From assembly GCA_023205875.1 (NCBI GenBank), contig CP060759.1, positions 434,001 to 498,000 of the forward strand: 64,000 nt of DNA, in the 5' to 3' direction. This DNA comes from Chloropicon primus (taxonomy: Eukaryota). Shown one piece after another: positions 12,239 to 24,600 of the stretch. The notes under the pieces were generated by a model that worked only from the letters and a program-made list of their open reading frames with translations, ran no database searches and was not told where the DNA came from. The translations under genes were made by a program, and so were the position numbers. Each line of letters begins with the position of its first letter. Positions within the stretch are counted from its first letter, which is position 1.

Positions 12239-12489
12239 AAATATATTGTAGAATGATTGGGTAAAAAATTGAAGAGAATATAAACTATTGAAGCGGCCGC
12301 GTGGTCGCTTTGTGTAACGAATTGTTATAAGCGTTTTGTTGTTGGTTTTCGAACGGCTTCGGCTTCCCAGAGCGGAGTGCGTTGGGGGGGGGGGTAAAGA
12401 GGGCACGCGGAACAAGCATTCTCCCAGGGGGGAAACCCAAATTGTATTTTTTATATTTCGCTAAGAAGACAGACAAAACGTTGTTACTT

Positions 12490-13340
12490 TTAGAAGAGAG
12501 CAACGTTAGGCCTGGAAGCCTTGAAGGTTGACCTATACTTCTTCTCGGATGGCCTGACAACCTTGTGTGGAATAGGGAAGGAAAGGCCCTCCTTGTGGAA
12601 CTGGAGAACGATTGGCCTCTTGCACTCCTCGTCCTTCAAGACAGCAGTCTTAATAATCTGGATGCAGGAAGCTCTGATTCTATGGCGGGCAGCCAAGTCT
12701 TGGTACATCTGGTCGATGGCACCGTTCATGGTGACATCCCTGAACTCCTTGAACATGTTGTAGTAACCAGTCCTGGAGAGAACTCTAAGCCACACGCCGA
12801 AGTTCTTCACGACGGTTGGGTCCTTCTCAAAGATCTCGTTCACGGCGATGATCTGTCCGTTCGCCTTCTTCACTCTCTTCAAGCGCTTGATGAAGTACCA
12901 GAACTTGGACCTGGCGCAGACCTCGTCCACTGCCCACACCTTCATGCGGTACAGGGAAGGGCTAGGGTTGGCCTCGGTGGGCAAGTGACGCCCCACGATT
13001 TGGTATTGATGATACTGCGAGACAGAGACACACATAGAGAGAGACAGAGAAAGCAAAGCGGAGCGAAGAAGAGGGAAAGGAGAGTCAGTCGAAGCTTCCA
13101 ACAATCCCCGTCATAAACAAAAAACAAAACCAACACGCCAAGAACAACAACAACAACCACAAACCTCTCCCTCTCAGGTCTCTCTCCTGGTCCTCTCTCC
13201 TTTCGCGAAACAAAGAACGAAAAGAAAGCATCGCGACGGAGGGAGGGGGGTCGAGACACCGCGAGCGCTTCGTCCTCGTTGTCGTCGTCCCCGCCGTCGT
13301 CGTCGTCGTCCTCGCTCCTTACCTTGAAGTCCGTCGTCAT
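12490..13340 (-). CDS. RPL18A: 60S ribosomal protein L18a (eL20), 2 exons
   Basis: MTTDFK|YHQYQIVGRHLPT...ARSKFWYF...VKNFGVWLR...YNMFKEFRD; intron 13015-13322. Confidence 0.95.
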
Positions 13341-13660
13341 GGTGATCGATGAGTCTGCTCCTCCTCGCCCTCGCTCGTTTTTTTTCTTTTCCATTTCATT
13401 CCTCCTTCACAAACAAGACGGGAAATCTACAGCCGCCAAACCAAACCGGAGCCGCCACCCGAAGAGATCCGAAAAACGAAAAAATATGTCCAATGTTCGA
13501 AATCGGATCCCTTGGAAAAGTATCGCCGTATACCGAATCTATATAGTTTCGAGTGCAAAGGAGTCAGAGTAGTGGAGCCCGTGTTGTGGTCGGGGTGAGA
13601 AACGGGTGTAAAAAGAACGAAACCCGAGAGGGCGCGCGCTCAGAGGAGCGAGAGCAAGAG

Positions 13661-13696
13661 CGACGGTGACGGTGACGGTGACGGTGACGGTGACGG
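13661..13696. repeat. (GACGGT)n hexamer repeat immediately upstream of the LSM4 ATG
   Basis: gacggt repeated about 6 times. Confidence 0.85.
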
Positions 13697-13697
13697 A

Positions 13698-14357
13698 ATG
13701 CTACCCCTTTCACTTCTCAAAGCGGCCCAGGGCCACCCCATGGTAAGACAACACGCATGCACGAACAAACCCCAAGACACACACACACACATACACACAC
13801 ACCACGTGCGGTCTCTCGGTCTCTCGGTCTCTCGCCCGTCGAATGCCTAGGCATGAACAGTAAGAGAGAGTATTATCATGTTTTGTTTTTGTTGTCCTGG
13901 CTCGATTCTCGGTGGCTGATAATCTTTGCTCGTTCTCGTCTTGGGATTGGAATTGCGGTGACATGCTTCCCCTCGTGCGATGGTTTGCCCTCTGCCTTGT
14001 CGTGGTGGGTCGTGTGTGGTGTAGCTGATCGAGTTGAAGAACGGGGAGACGTATAATGGACATCTGGTGAACTGCGACACGTGGATGAACGTTCACTTGA
14101 GGGAGGTGATCTGCACTTCCAAGGACGGGGACAGGTTCTGGCGGATTCCGGAGTGTTACATCAGGGGAAACACCGTCAAGTACATGAGAGTCCAGGAGGA
14201 GGTGATGGAGAAAGCGGTGGAGGAGCAAAAGAAGTACAGGCGTTTTGGCCAAGGACGGGGAGGAAGAGGAGGGAGGGGAGGAAGGGGAAGGGGGAACGAG
14301 AGGGGAGGATACCGAGGAGGAAGGGGGGGGAACAGGGGGTACGGAAACAGGGGATGA
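13698..14357 (+). CDS. LSM4: Sm-like protein LSM4, 2 exons
   Basis: [37 protein letters not shown]...YIRGNTVKY plus RGG tail; intron 13743-14024. Confidence 0.95.
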
Positions 14358-14566
14358 AGGGGAAGGACTTGCGGGCGCGCGAGAGGAAAGCGGCGTGGCG
14401 CGGGAGAAGCGAGCAGCGCTCTCACGCGGAGCGACCGGGTGCGGCGGCGAGGGAAGCGCGTCCCACCGACATCGGACTCATCTTGTAACCCTGGTATAGT
14501 GTACAACGTGGTGTGATCCCATAATTATGATTGTTTTTCGCGTCGCCGCCGTCGTCTTTCGAGCGC

Positions 14567-14775
14567 TTATTCCTTGTCGGCCCCAAACACTATGTTGTGC
14601 AAGGCGAACAGGATGAACACCGCGCCTCCGAGGAAAGCCACTGTCTTTTGGGAGATCTTCATCGCGAGCAGCTGACCGCCAATCACCGCCCCGCCCGTGC
14701 ACATGGCGTGCCCCAGTATCCCTCCTAGCAGAAAGCAAGCAAACAAAGCAGGTTTCCGTTTGTTGTCAGGCGACG

Positions 14776-14848
<73 letters not shown>

Positions 14849-15593
14849 GGCAACGCACGTACCTATGGTCACTCCGAACGGATTCTTGTGGGTCGCCAGG
14901 GTTATCGTCGCGATTTGGCTCCTGTCCCCCCACTCGGCGAGGAAGGTGAGGATGAAAGCCTCCAGGAAGACTGGGTTCAGCGTGCCCTTGATCTTCCTCA
15001 GCAGCGGGGACTGTTGCGCAAAAGACGAAGGAAAAGCGTTTGGAACGGCGTCAGTTCTCTGTTTCACGCCGCCGACAAGCGGGGGCCTGGTTGGTCGTCC
15101 GATCGAAGCGGGGGCGAGAGGCGGCGCCCTGCCTTACCCTCATCAGCCACGGCGGGTCCACGGTCTTGTCGAGCTTGTGGTTGACCTCGGCTATCTCCTC
15201 CTGCATCTCCCCCGCCTTGCTCCTCGTTCCAATGTACAGTAGCCTGAGGCCAAAGAAAGTGTAAAGAATCGTCGCCGCGTTGTGGGTCGTCTTCTTGCTT
15301 ATGAGGTTCGGCACCACGTACCCCAGCGCCGCGCTTATCACCGTCATGATGGCCAAGGCCGACAGAGCCCCCGAGAACACCACCCTCTTCTTATTCCTCA
15401 TCGCGAGTATGGCCGCAATGATAAACGTCTCGTCGCCGATCTCCGACACCAGAATCATCGAAAGCGACCGGAAGAACCTAAAACAGCAGCAGCAGCGCAC
15501 AAGGAAGAGGAAGCCCAAGCCAAGCCAAGCAAGAGAGTCAGACAGAGAGAGACAGAGAACTCAAGAAGGAGGAAGAGAAGGAGGAGGAATTGA

Positions 15594-15646
<53 letters not shown>

Positions 15647-15734
15647 TCTTTGGAGCCACGACTTACGCTTCCATGAGGGTGGCTTCGGCGTGGACCGCCT
15701 CCCCCGTGTGTCCGTCCGCCAGGAACCTCACCAT
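14567..15734 (-). CDS. GDT1/UPF0016 (TMEM165) Ca2+/Mn2+ transporter, 4 exons
   Basis: Motifs SEIGDETF and AEWGDRSQ; introns 15478-15666, 15011-15137 and 14725-14862. Confidence 0.92.
14781..14842. repeat. (GA)n microsatellite in a GDT1 intron; similar tracts at ~15597-15643, 36078-36109, 48074-48135 (CT then GT) and 63881-63914
   Basis: About 31 GA units read directly. Confidence 0.95.
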
Positions 15735-16686
15735 CACAACCGCCCCACAACCCTCCTCGCACCACCAAGAAACCAAAACTGGCAAGCGACGCGTCAATGG
15801 AATCCTCTGGAGAAGAGGAAGGACGTTCCGCAGGGTTCTTGACCTCGTATCGCGGCGGTACTCACGTCTTCCCCGTCCAAAGCCCACGCCCACTCTGACG
15901 ATCGATCACGCTCCTGATCTCGTCGAGCGATCGGTGCAAGATCGATTTTGAACCTCCAGACTCGTTTCTTTCCAACACGTTACCTTTGGGTAGAATTCCT
16001 CACACTGGTGTAATGTCTCTTGGAGGAAGAGAGAAACAGAAGGGGGTGGGTCGCGATCGATCAGAACGGAGGACCACGGACGACGAGCGAGGGAGAGGAC
16101 GAGTGGGCGACGAAGGGGCGCACGGGGCGGTGAGGGGACGACCAAAGCTCTCGATAAAGGATTTGTGCTCGGCTTGGCTTGATCGGTCTCGGGTTTCGAT
16201 TTTTTTTTTTTTGGTTTCGCACCCTCTTTCCTTCTTCTTCTTTTCTTCGGACACGAGGCAGAGGAGAGGAAGTAACCGATAAAACCCTGAGGGGTAGGGG
16301 GGTTGCTTTTGCTTTTCCGGGTCCGGGGGAAGGAGAGAGAGAGCGTTACGGGTAACGCTCGAGAGGGGTGACTTTCGAAGCCGCGGCTTGGGTGGTTGGG
16401 GGGTCGGGCGAGCGCCGAGGTGAGTGGAAGCAAAAAAGGAAACTGCCGTCGAGTCTATCGTTCGTGGTTCCACGTTCTTTCTCTCTTCTTGGTGTTTCGT
16501 TCCTCTCCGGTGGTCCCTCTCTGGCTCTGGCTCTTGGGAGGAAACTCTAGTGTCGTCGCGTCGTTCGTGCGTCTGACTCGGTCGCTTCTCTAGGCGTTCT
16601 CTTGTGTTTGTGTGTGTGTGTGTTCGAGTCGATCGATCGTACGATCGACGACGACGACGACGACGACGCGCGCGAGAAGCAGAAAC

Positions 16687-19020
16687 ATGGACAGGGAGAT
16701 TATCGAGCTGCAGCCGGGTTGGGAAAAATGTCGGATGTACATAAACAAGCTCATCGCGTTCCTGGAGAAGGAGACGGAGTCTGCCTTCACCTCGGAGGAG
16801 TACATGAGCTTCTACACGATCGTGTACAACATGTGCACCCAGAAGAACCCTTATGACTTCAGCCAGGAGCTGTACCAGCGTTACAGGGACAGCTTCACGG
16901 GGTACATATCGGAGAGGGTTGCCCCCGCCCTGCAGGAGAAGAACGGCGAGGCGATGCTCCACGAGCTGACGATGAGGTGGGAGAACCACAAGCTCATGGT
17001 GAGGCTGCTAAGCAGGATCTTCAAGTACCTCGACCGTTACTACGTCAGCAGGTACAACCTGGACTACCTCAACGACGTGGGGCTCATGTGTTTCAGGGAC
17101 ATCGTGTACGAGTACATGAAGCCGACGATGAAGAACGCTGTCCTTTCCATGGTCCTCAAGGAGAGGGAGGGGGAGCAAATCGATAGGCAGCTCGTGAAGA
17201 CGGTGCTCGAGATCTTCGTTGAGATCGGGCTCGGAAACATGAAGAACTACGAGGAGGACTTTGAGAAGTACATCCTGGAAGAAACTTCGCTCCACTACAG
17301 GACGAAAGCCAGCGAGTGGATCGAGGACGACTCCTGCCCCGCGTACATGATCAAGGCGGAGAAGTGCCTCGAGCTCGAGAAGGACAGAGTGAACCAGCAG
17401 CAGCAGGTCGAGGGCGCTGGTGGTGCTTCTGCCAAAGACGCCGACGGCGCCAGCAAGCAGGTCAACTCGGGCTACTTCCACCACACGACGGAGAGCCGCT
17501 TGCTCGACTGCGTCGAGGACGAGCTCCTCGCCAAGTACGAGATGCAGCTTCTCGAGAAGGAGAACTCGGGGTGCGTAGCGCTTTTGAGGGAGGACAAGAA
17601 GGAAGACCTCGCGAGAATGTACAGGCTCTTCTCCCGCATCCCGAAAGGGAAGGAGCCCGTGGCCAAGATGCTCAGCAAGCACATCGAAAGCGAGGGAATG
17701 GCCATGGTTAAGGAGTGCAACGAGAGGGCGGAACAGGCGAAGGCCGAAGCCTTGACCAAATCCAAGAAGGAGAGGAGGAACCAAGAAAGCCAGGAGACCG
17801 TGTTCGTAAAGAGGCTGATCAAGCTTCACGACAAGTACTTGTTGTACGTCCAAGAGTGCTTTGACAACGACGCGCTTTTCCACAAAGCTCTGAAAGAAGC
17901 CTTTGAGAACTTCTGCCACAAGCAAGTGGCGAACTGCGCGTGCTCTGAGCTGCTTGCTAGCTTCTGCGACAACCTGCTGAAGAAAGGTTCCGGAGAGAAA
18001 TTATCTGGGGATGCTATCGAAGAAACCTTTGAGAAGATTTGCAAACTGCTTGCGTACATCTCGGACAAGGACATGTACGCCGAGTTTTACAGGAAGAAGT
18101 TGTCCAAGAGGCTTCTTTTCGACCGCTCCGCGAACGAAGATCACGAGAGGTCCATGCTGGCAAGGTTGAAGCAACAATGCGGGCCGCAGTTCACCTCGAA
18201 GATGGAGGGAATGTTGACAGACCTCCAAGTTGCGAAAGACAATCAAGGGAGGTTTGAGCAGCACTTGGAGAAGAATCCAGAGAAGAAGCCTCCTCTCGAT
18301 TTGTCTGTTTTAGTTCTCACGCAGGGCTTCTGGCCTAGCTACCCAGTGAACACGATGATCATTCCTGATGAGATGGAGAAGGGCATTGAGATCTTCAAAG
18401 AGTTTTACGACCTCAAGACCAAACACAGGAAGTTGACGTGGGTGTTTACTCTGGGAGTGTGCCATCTTTCCGGGCGGTTCGGCAGCCCAAGGGAGAAAAA
18501 GTACAACTTCCAAATGAATACTATGCAAGCTGCTGTCATGATGCTGTTCAACAGCGAGGAAAAGCTTAGTTTTGGTGAAGTGCGGGATAGGCTGAAGCTG
18601 GACGATGCGGACGTCATCAGACTTTTGCACTCCCTGAGTTGCGCCAAGTACAAGCTCTTGCTGAAGAATCCCCCGGGCAAGACGGTGAGCAAGACGGACA
18701 TCTTTGAGCTCAACACCAAGTTCCAGGACAAGATGGCCAGGATCAGAATTCCTCTGCCCCCTGTTGAACAAGAAAAGAAGAAGGTGGCGGAGATTGTCCA
18801 TGCGGATCGCAGGTACCAAATAGATGCAGCAATTGTGAGGATAATGAAGGCCAGAAAAGTTTTGAAGCACTCTGAGCTCATGACCGAGACCGTGACGCAG
18901 CTCAGCTCATCGTTCAAACCAGATGTGAAGACGATCAAGAAGAGAATCATGGACTTGATCGAGAGGGATTTCTTGGAGCGCGATAAGAACGATCCCCAGT
19001 TATTTAGGTATTTGGCTTGA
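16687..19020 (+). CDS. CUL1: Cullin-1
   Basis: YTIVYNMCTQK, DKDMYAEFYRKKLSKRLL, FTSKMEGM, neddylation motif IDAAIVRIMKARK; probable 5'UTR intron 16420-16593. Confidence 0.95.
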   Translation: MDREIIELQPGWEKCRMYINKLIAFLEKETESAFTSEEYMSFYTIVYNMCTQKNPYDFSQELYQRYRDSFTGYISERVAPALQEKNGEAMLHELTMRWENHKLMVRLLSRIFKYLDRYYVSRYNLDYLNDVGLMCFRDIVYEYMKPTMKNAVLSMVLKEREGEQIDRQLVKTVLEIFVEIGLGNMKNYEEDFEKYILEETSLHYRTKASEWIEDDSCPAYMIKAEKCLELEKDRVNQQQQVEGAGGASAKDADGASKQVNSGYFHHTTESRLLDCVEDELLAKYEMQLLEKENSGCVALLREDKKEDLARMYRLFSRIPKGKEPVAKMLSKHIESEGMAMVKECNERAEQAKAEALTKSKKERRNQESQETVFVKRLIKLHDKYLLYVQECFDNDALFHKALKEAFENFCHKQVANCACSELLASFCDNLLKKGSGEKLSGDAIEETFEKICKLLAYISDKDMYAEFYRKKLSKRLLFDRSANEDHERSMLARLKQQCGPQFTSKMEGMLTDLQVAKDNQGRFEQHLEKNPEKKPPLDLSVLVLTQGFWPSYPVNTMIIPDEMEKGIEIFKEFYDLKTKHRKLTWVFTLGVCHLSGRFGSPREKKYNFQMNTMQAAVMMLFNSEEKLSFGEVRDRLKLDDADVIRLLHSLSCAKYKLLLKNPPGKTVSKTDIFELNTKFQDKMARIRIPLPPVEQEKKKVAEIVHADRRYQIDAAIVRIMKARKVLKHSELMTETVTQLSSSFKPDVKTIKKRIMDLIERDFLERDKNDPQLFRYLA

Positions 19021-19096
19021 GGGATTCTTTCTTTTGTACATCTCTTGTAATACATCATTTGTAACACACACACACACCGTCAATCGCGGCGTGTGA

Positions 19097-21331
19097 TTAC
19101 TTCCTCGGATTTGGTGCTTTCACCACGAAGCTGTCCATGGTCTTCTGCGTGCCAGACTTGTCCGAGCCGGAAGATCTCTGCGTCCCAGGCTTCTCGTTAA
19201 GATTCATCTTGCTCTCCTTGCCGTCAAGGAGTGTCCCGATATTCCCAAGCTTGTTCTTCAGGGCCGCCCAAATAATGTCGTCTATAGACCCTTTCATGTG
19301 AAGGTAATGCACATTCACAGAGGAGGCCTGACCTATTCTGTGCGCCCTGTCCTCCGCTTGGACCAGGTTTCCCGGAACCCAATCAAGCTCTGCCATCACC
19401 ACCAGACTTGCTGCAGTCAGCGTCAGCCCCACTCCCGCGGCCTTTATGCTGAGAATGGCAGCTCGATAGACGTCATTCTCCTGAAATTTTTGTACAAGCT
19501 CTGCCCTACTGTTCGATGGCGTCGAACCGTCGATCCTGATGAACTTCACCCTCTTCTCCCTCAGGTGCGACTCGATTGAATCTAGGACACATTTGTGGTG
19601 GCCGAAAACCAAGAACTTCTGTTCCGCCTCCAGCAGGACGCTGAGGTAGTCGCAGATTGCCTTGCACTTTATTTCCCCGGATTTCAAGTACAGCTCGTTG
19701 ATTTTCTGGTTCTTCCCGAAATCTCCGGAGAAGAGAGCGCCGCTCCCGGTGCCATCTTTGAGCGCTGTCTCCAGCTCAAATAGTTTTTCGGTCATTCCCT
19801 TCAACTGCCGCTGCTCCGCGCTGGTGACTGGCAAAAGGATTTGCTGGCGACGCTTCGGAGGTAGCTGTGACAGCACATCCTTTTTGAGCCTCCGTATCAT
19901 GGTAGTGCTCGTTACAACCTGGTGCAGCTCCTTGAGGTTGCTGGCCCCCATGTACCTCGCCCCAGGATACTTTTGTGCGAACCATGCGCCGCCCGTGCAA
20001 TACCTGTCCCCGTACTCCTTGATGGACTTCACCGATTGAGGGTGTATCGCTCGAAGCTGCTGAAGGAGCTCGATGGGCCTCGATAGAGCAGGCGTTCCTG
20101 TCAGGAGCACAACGTGCTTTGCTTGCTGAAGCAATGGGAGGGATTCTTTTGACCTCTTTGCCTTGTAGTTCTTGATGTAGTGGGCCTCGTCACAGATGAT
20201 CATCTGGAAATTCCTCTCTTTCAAGTAGTGGAACATCTTGGGGATGAAGTCGTACGAGATGATGACGAACCGATTCTTCAAGCTTGTCGTGTCCTTCCCA
20301 GTGTTCACGATAGAGACTTCGTCTTCGGTCACCCTCAGCCACTCGTAAATGGCTTCCGCCCATTGAATCTTCAATGAAGATGGCGTGACGATCAACACGG
20401 GCTTTGCTTCCCTGAAGGCTTCAACGAGCGCAAGAGCCTGGACCGTCTTTCCCAGGCCCATCTCGTCCCCGATTAGCCCCCTCCCGTTCAATCGGATCAT
20501 GTACCGAACCCCTTCGGTCTGGAACCCCATCAGCTTGCCCCGAAGATGCTGGGGGATGCCCTCAAAAACCTCTTGAACTTGCTTGTCCGTGCGCCTCCTA
20601 CCGAGGGCAGAACGCATGAGGCGAAGCGCAAAGGGGTGGACTTCCTCCACTTTGCACTGCACTTGCGGCACGGAGTTCTTCAAGAAATCCACAATGTGGT
20701 CGTGCTTCAGCACGCAGAAAGACCACACTCTGTTCTCGTTGTCCCAGGTGCACCCTTCCTTCTTCCTCAACGTGGCATCCAGCGCACTCTGATCTCCGTT
20801 CACGAAGAAGATGCCGAACCTCTCCCCATTCCCAATCATCCTCAAGGAGAGGGACACTTGCCTCACCTGTTGGTGGTCTGCACGGTTCCACACCGTGCGG
20901 CTCCCGTCTCCAGGTTGCTGTGACAAGGAGGTGCTCGGCTGGGGGTTCCTATTGTAACAGTCCTGAATTTTCTGGCGATCGCTGGGGGTTATCATGGCAC
21001 GCTCCTGAAACTGGTTCCTCTGTTGAGCCGGTTCGAGCAAACCTGGTGCCCTGGCACCCATCGCACCGCTCGCCCTTCCCGAGTTGAAGTCATTCGAGCC
21101 AAAGTGGTTTTGGCGCGAGTGATCAGCAGCCTGAGGTTGATGGCTTGAGGCTGCCACTTTCGGCCTCTTCGCTTGGCTTTCTGCCGCTCGAAGGGCACGG
21201 TCTAGCGCAGCATACTCTGCATCAGGAATTCTCTCGGCCTGTGACACCGCCCGGTCTAACGCCGCGAAGAAATCGTCCGAGACAACCTCAACACGCTGCT
21301 GGTGGATTCCCTTGTGTCTGTCATTCCTCAT
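19097..21331 (-). CDS. SMARCAL1: SMARCAL1/HARP-like SNF2 annealing helicase
   Basis: HARP-like region (WDNENRVWSF), GDEMGLGKT, DEAH, LLTGTPALSRPIEL, RIDGST, QAEDRAHRIGQ; start codon uncertain. Confidence 0.85.
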   Translation of the reverse strand: MRNDRHKGIHQQRVEVVSDDFFAALDRAVSQAERIPDAEYAALDRALRAAESQAKRPKVAASSHQPQAADHSRQNHFGSNDFNSGRASGAMGARAPGLLEPAQQRNQFQERAMITPSDRQKIQDCYNRNPQPSTSLSQQPGDGSRTVWNRADHQQVRQVSLSLRMIGNGERFGIFFVNGDQSALDATLRKKEGCTWDNENRVWSFCVLKHDHIVDFLKNSVPQVQCKVEEVHPFALRLMRSALGRRRTDKQVQEVFEGIPQHLRGKLMGFQTEGVRYMIRLNGRGLIGDEMGLGKTVQALALVEAFREAKPVLIVTPSSLKIQWAEAIYEWLRVTEDEVSIVNTGKDTTSLKNRFVIISYDFIPKMFHYLKERNFQMIICDEAHYIKNYKAKRSKESLPLLQQAKHVVLLTGTPALSRPIELLQQLRAIHPQSVKSIKEYGDRYCTGGAWFAQKYPGARYMGASNLKELHQVVTSTTMIRRLKKDVLSQLPPKRRQQILLPVTSAEQRQLKGMTEKLFELETALKDGTGSGALFSGDFGKNQKINELYLKSGEIKCKAICDYLSVLLEAEQKFLVFGHHKCVLDSIESHLREKRVKFIRIDGSTPSNSRAELVQKFQENDVYRAAILSIKAAGVGLTLTAASLVVMAELDWVPGNLVQAEDRAHRIGQASSVNVHYLHMKGSIDDIIWAALKNKLGNIGTLLDGKESKMNLNEKPGTQRSSGSDKSGTQKTMDSFVVKAPNPRK

Positions 21332-21653
21332 GATGATGATGTTGATGATGAAGAAGACGGCGTGGTCGGCGTGCGTTCCCTCCTCCCGACCGGCGTCATT
21401 CGCACGACGAGGCGAGACACGACGGCGGCGCCCGAAGTCAAACCCTCTTCCCTGTTCTTGCCCCTCAATCCACACAACACCAACACCTCTCGCGCGACGC
21501 TCCACCTCTTCCTCTTCTCTTCCGATTGATGAGGAGGAGCAAGGAAGAGGAGAGGAGGAGAGGAGTGAGGTTGGATCGGGCTGGGTGCGATGCCCACGCT
21601 GGGGTTTGAAAGTGTACAATCTGGTTTACAATTCGCTCCATAATGCTGTGTGA

Positions 21654-24600
21654 TTAAGAGAGCTTCAGCATCGCTCCAGTTGCCAAGGGACTGAAGCTGC
21701 AGACGCTTTGCCACATAACGGCCTCTCCGATGGAGATGGCTGAGATCTCGTCTTCCAACTTTATGCTCTCGCTCGCGCGAAGGACTGTTTTGAAAAGACC
21801 CTTCTGCTTTCGCTCCACGGACGGAAGGGTGGAGCCCGTTGGAATCACGTGGTGATCAGGGGTTCCTGGGAGCGGTATGTAGGCAGAAGAGTCGTACTCG
21901 GCCACGCCCTGCAGCACTGCCTTCCGCAGATCTTCCGAAAGGTCCTTTGTATCTATGGCCTTGAGGCCCTTGCGTCCCAAGGACTTGAGGGTGCTCTCCT
22001 TGGATTGTGCCAAGTACGCCAGCACCTGCAGCTTGAAGGACACCTCGAACTCCTTTGGAATCGAGATGTGAGGCAGCTCGAGCAATTCTTCAGTAACGGT
22101 GAACGCGTGGGCGCACAAGCTGTCTTGGCTTTTCCACATGAACTTCAAAGCGGAGAAGGTGAACAGGAAGCACAGGAACTTCTTCTTCAGGTTCACTTCG
22201 ATTCGATCGCAATTGACGCAGTTCGCGTAAACCCAAATCGAATCGATATCCTCTTCCATGCTCCAGCAGGGCTTCCTCATCGTGTCTTCCACGTGTTTTG
22301 CGAACTTGGCCGCGCACTCGGAGTCCTTCTTCTCGCGCAGCAAGGCCAACATTTCCCCGGCGACACCACTGGGCTCGGGGCTTCCGTTCATGCTCGATTC
22401 GTTCTTCAGAGATACTCTCTTCCTCGCCTTGTGAATCTCTTCTTCGGCGGTGCCCTGGTAGCCAAAGACTTCGAACAGAGAGGAGCACAAGTCGTATTGC
22501 TGGAGAGCTTCCAGCTTCAAGATCTGCATCCTGAAGGCGCATATGGAGTAGGGGTCGTCCCTTTCCAGCAAGTAGTAGGACAAGATTGCTGCGAGCTCAA
22601 ACTCGCAACCCATCATCAACGCATTGATCGCGCCGTGGACATCGCTCACCGAGAGTCTGCAGCAGGCTGCCGCGATGGGGTCGCCGTCGATCCTGAACTT
22701 CTGAGCCCTGGTGGTCTGGATGTCGTACATGGCGTTCCTGAAGTTCGCGTGACTCGAGGGCTTCATGTTTTGAGAATGGCTTTGGGCCAATGGCCCCGGG
22801 CTTGCAGGTGGATTGGTCGTCAAGGCGCCGCCGGGAGGGCGCGTCAAAGGCGCCAAGGACTTCCGTCGAAGAGGCTGGAAGAGGACATCGCTGGATTCTG
22901 GACTGCTTCCGGGGGAGACATTCGCATCTCCTCCTTGATCCTCGCTCTCAAAGCCGTAACCTCCTTCAGAAGCAACAGAAGCAACCATGAAGGCCGAGTC
23001 GTTATCTTTGAGCCCTCGATACATGTTCACAAGCGCATCGATTTCTTGCCCCGCAATGAAGTAAGCCTCTGAGTCTTGCACCTTTGCAGTGGTATTCTGG
23101 AAAGCGTCCTCCTTGTTCTCGTGGTGCGTGCTTGCGCACATCTTGGCTTTCCTCTTCATGAGATCTTTCCAATACTCCTGGCCGATCATAGGAGCGACCG
23201 CCAGAGCCTTGTCCCACTCGTTCAGATCGCACATTATCTCGCAGTACCTCTTGACGTTGCCTGATCGCAAGTAAAGCTTAGCAGCTTCCCTTGTGTAAAC
23301 CTCCCTCTTGCCCTTTCCCATTCCAACCCCCATGAAGCGATTCTTCTTGAAAGTTTCCAGGTACTGGGCTTCCACCTGCAAGACCTTGTACGCAACTTTG
23401 CTGTGAACCATGTGGGAATTCTCATACTGCACGAGGATGTCCACGAATTGACTCGACTGGCCTTCGACGCACTTGACGAGGTTATTGAGGTGACTGTCAG
23501 CCACCTCGCTCACCGCCGCTTTCGTCTTGGACTGGGAGCGGCTGCACATGATTATCTTTGCCGCTTCGTACAAGTGATTCGCGCGGCTTGATGGCCACCA
23601 GTAGTTCAACAGCAAGTCCAAGCCAGCCAAGGCTGTGTCTTTTCCGAGCTTGGAGAACTTGCTCTCCAATACCTTCATGTCGAACTCCATGGAGAGCGTG
23701 CCCTCCTTCTCGTCTTCCTGCCCCTCGCTCCCCTTGTTCAGCAAAAATTTGACCCACAGGCTCAAGGGCAAGTGCTGCAAACTATCAAAAGAGCTGCCAA
23801 TCAAATTCCAAACTCTCACTGTCGTGTCTCTCGACGTAGTCGCGACAACAAACGGCCTCTGAGGGTGCATACTAATTCCATACACGTCAGAGTGGTGGCA
23901 GTTCATGACTTGGATACAAGTCATTGTGACGGTGTCCCAGAGCCTGACGGTTGCATCCCAGGAGGTGCTCAGGAGGAGCCACGGGGCATTCTTGTGCCAC
24001 AGCAGACCCCTGACACGCGATTTGTGGCCGCTGAGCACACCAGATGGCAACTTCCCGCCCGATGCCTCTCTCCCGCTACCGCTACTTTGGACAAGGTTCC
24101 AAACTCTCACCGTCCCATCGTCACTCGCTGTCGCGACGAAGTCCTTTATCTTGCAGTTCCACACCACACTGAACACCTTGGCCTTGTGACCTTTGAACTG
24201 GTTCACTTTCTTCACCTTAAAGCTGGTCGAGGAAACCAATTCATCAATGTGACTGGAGAAAGGGTGGGAGTTGTTCGGCTCCACGAAGGTCCACAGGTAA
24301 AACAGCATGTCGTCACTCGTCGTCGCGAGCCTGTAGCTGTTGAATGGATCCCACGCCACGCCATAGCAAGCAGAAGTGTGCTGAATAACTTGGAGAATCT
24401 CTCCATCCAGGGTCAGGATCACACACTTCTTGTCTTGCCCGGCGCTTGCCAGAAGCCTGCCGTCCGACAAGTTCCACTCCACGCAGTAGCAGGGCTCGCT
24501 GTGAGCCTCCACTTTGCAATTCAAAAGGCACTTGTCCGCATCAAAGATTGCGACCTCGCCGTTCCCAGTGCCGCAAGCAATGTGGCTTCCGTCCACGGAC

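Noticed and set aside
13015..13322. Possible snoRNA in the long RPL18a intron
   Set aside because: No canonical C box or rRNA guide; the CTGA near the 3' end is the branch-point motif
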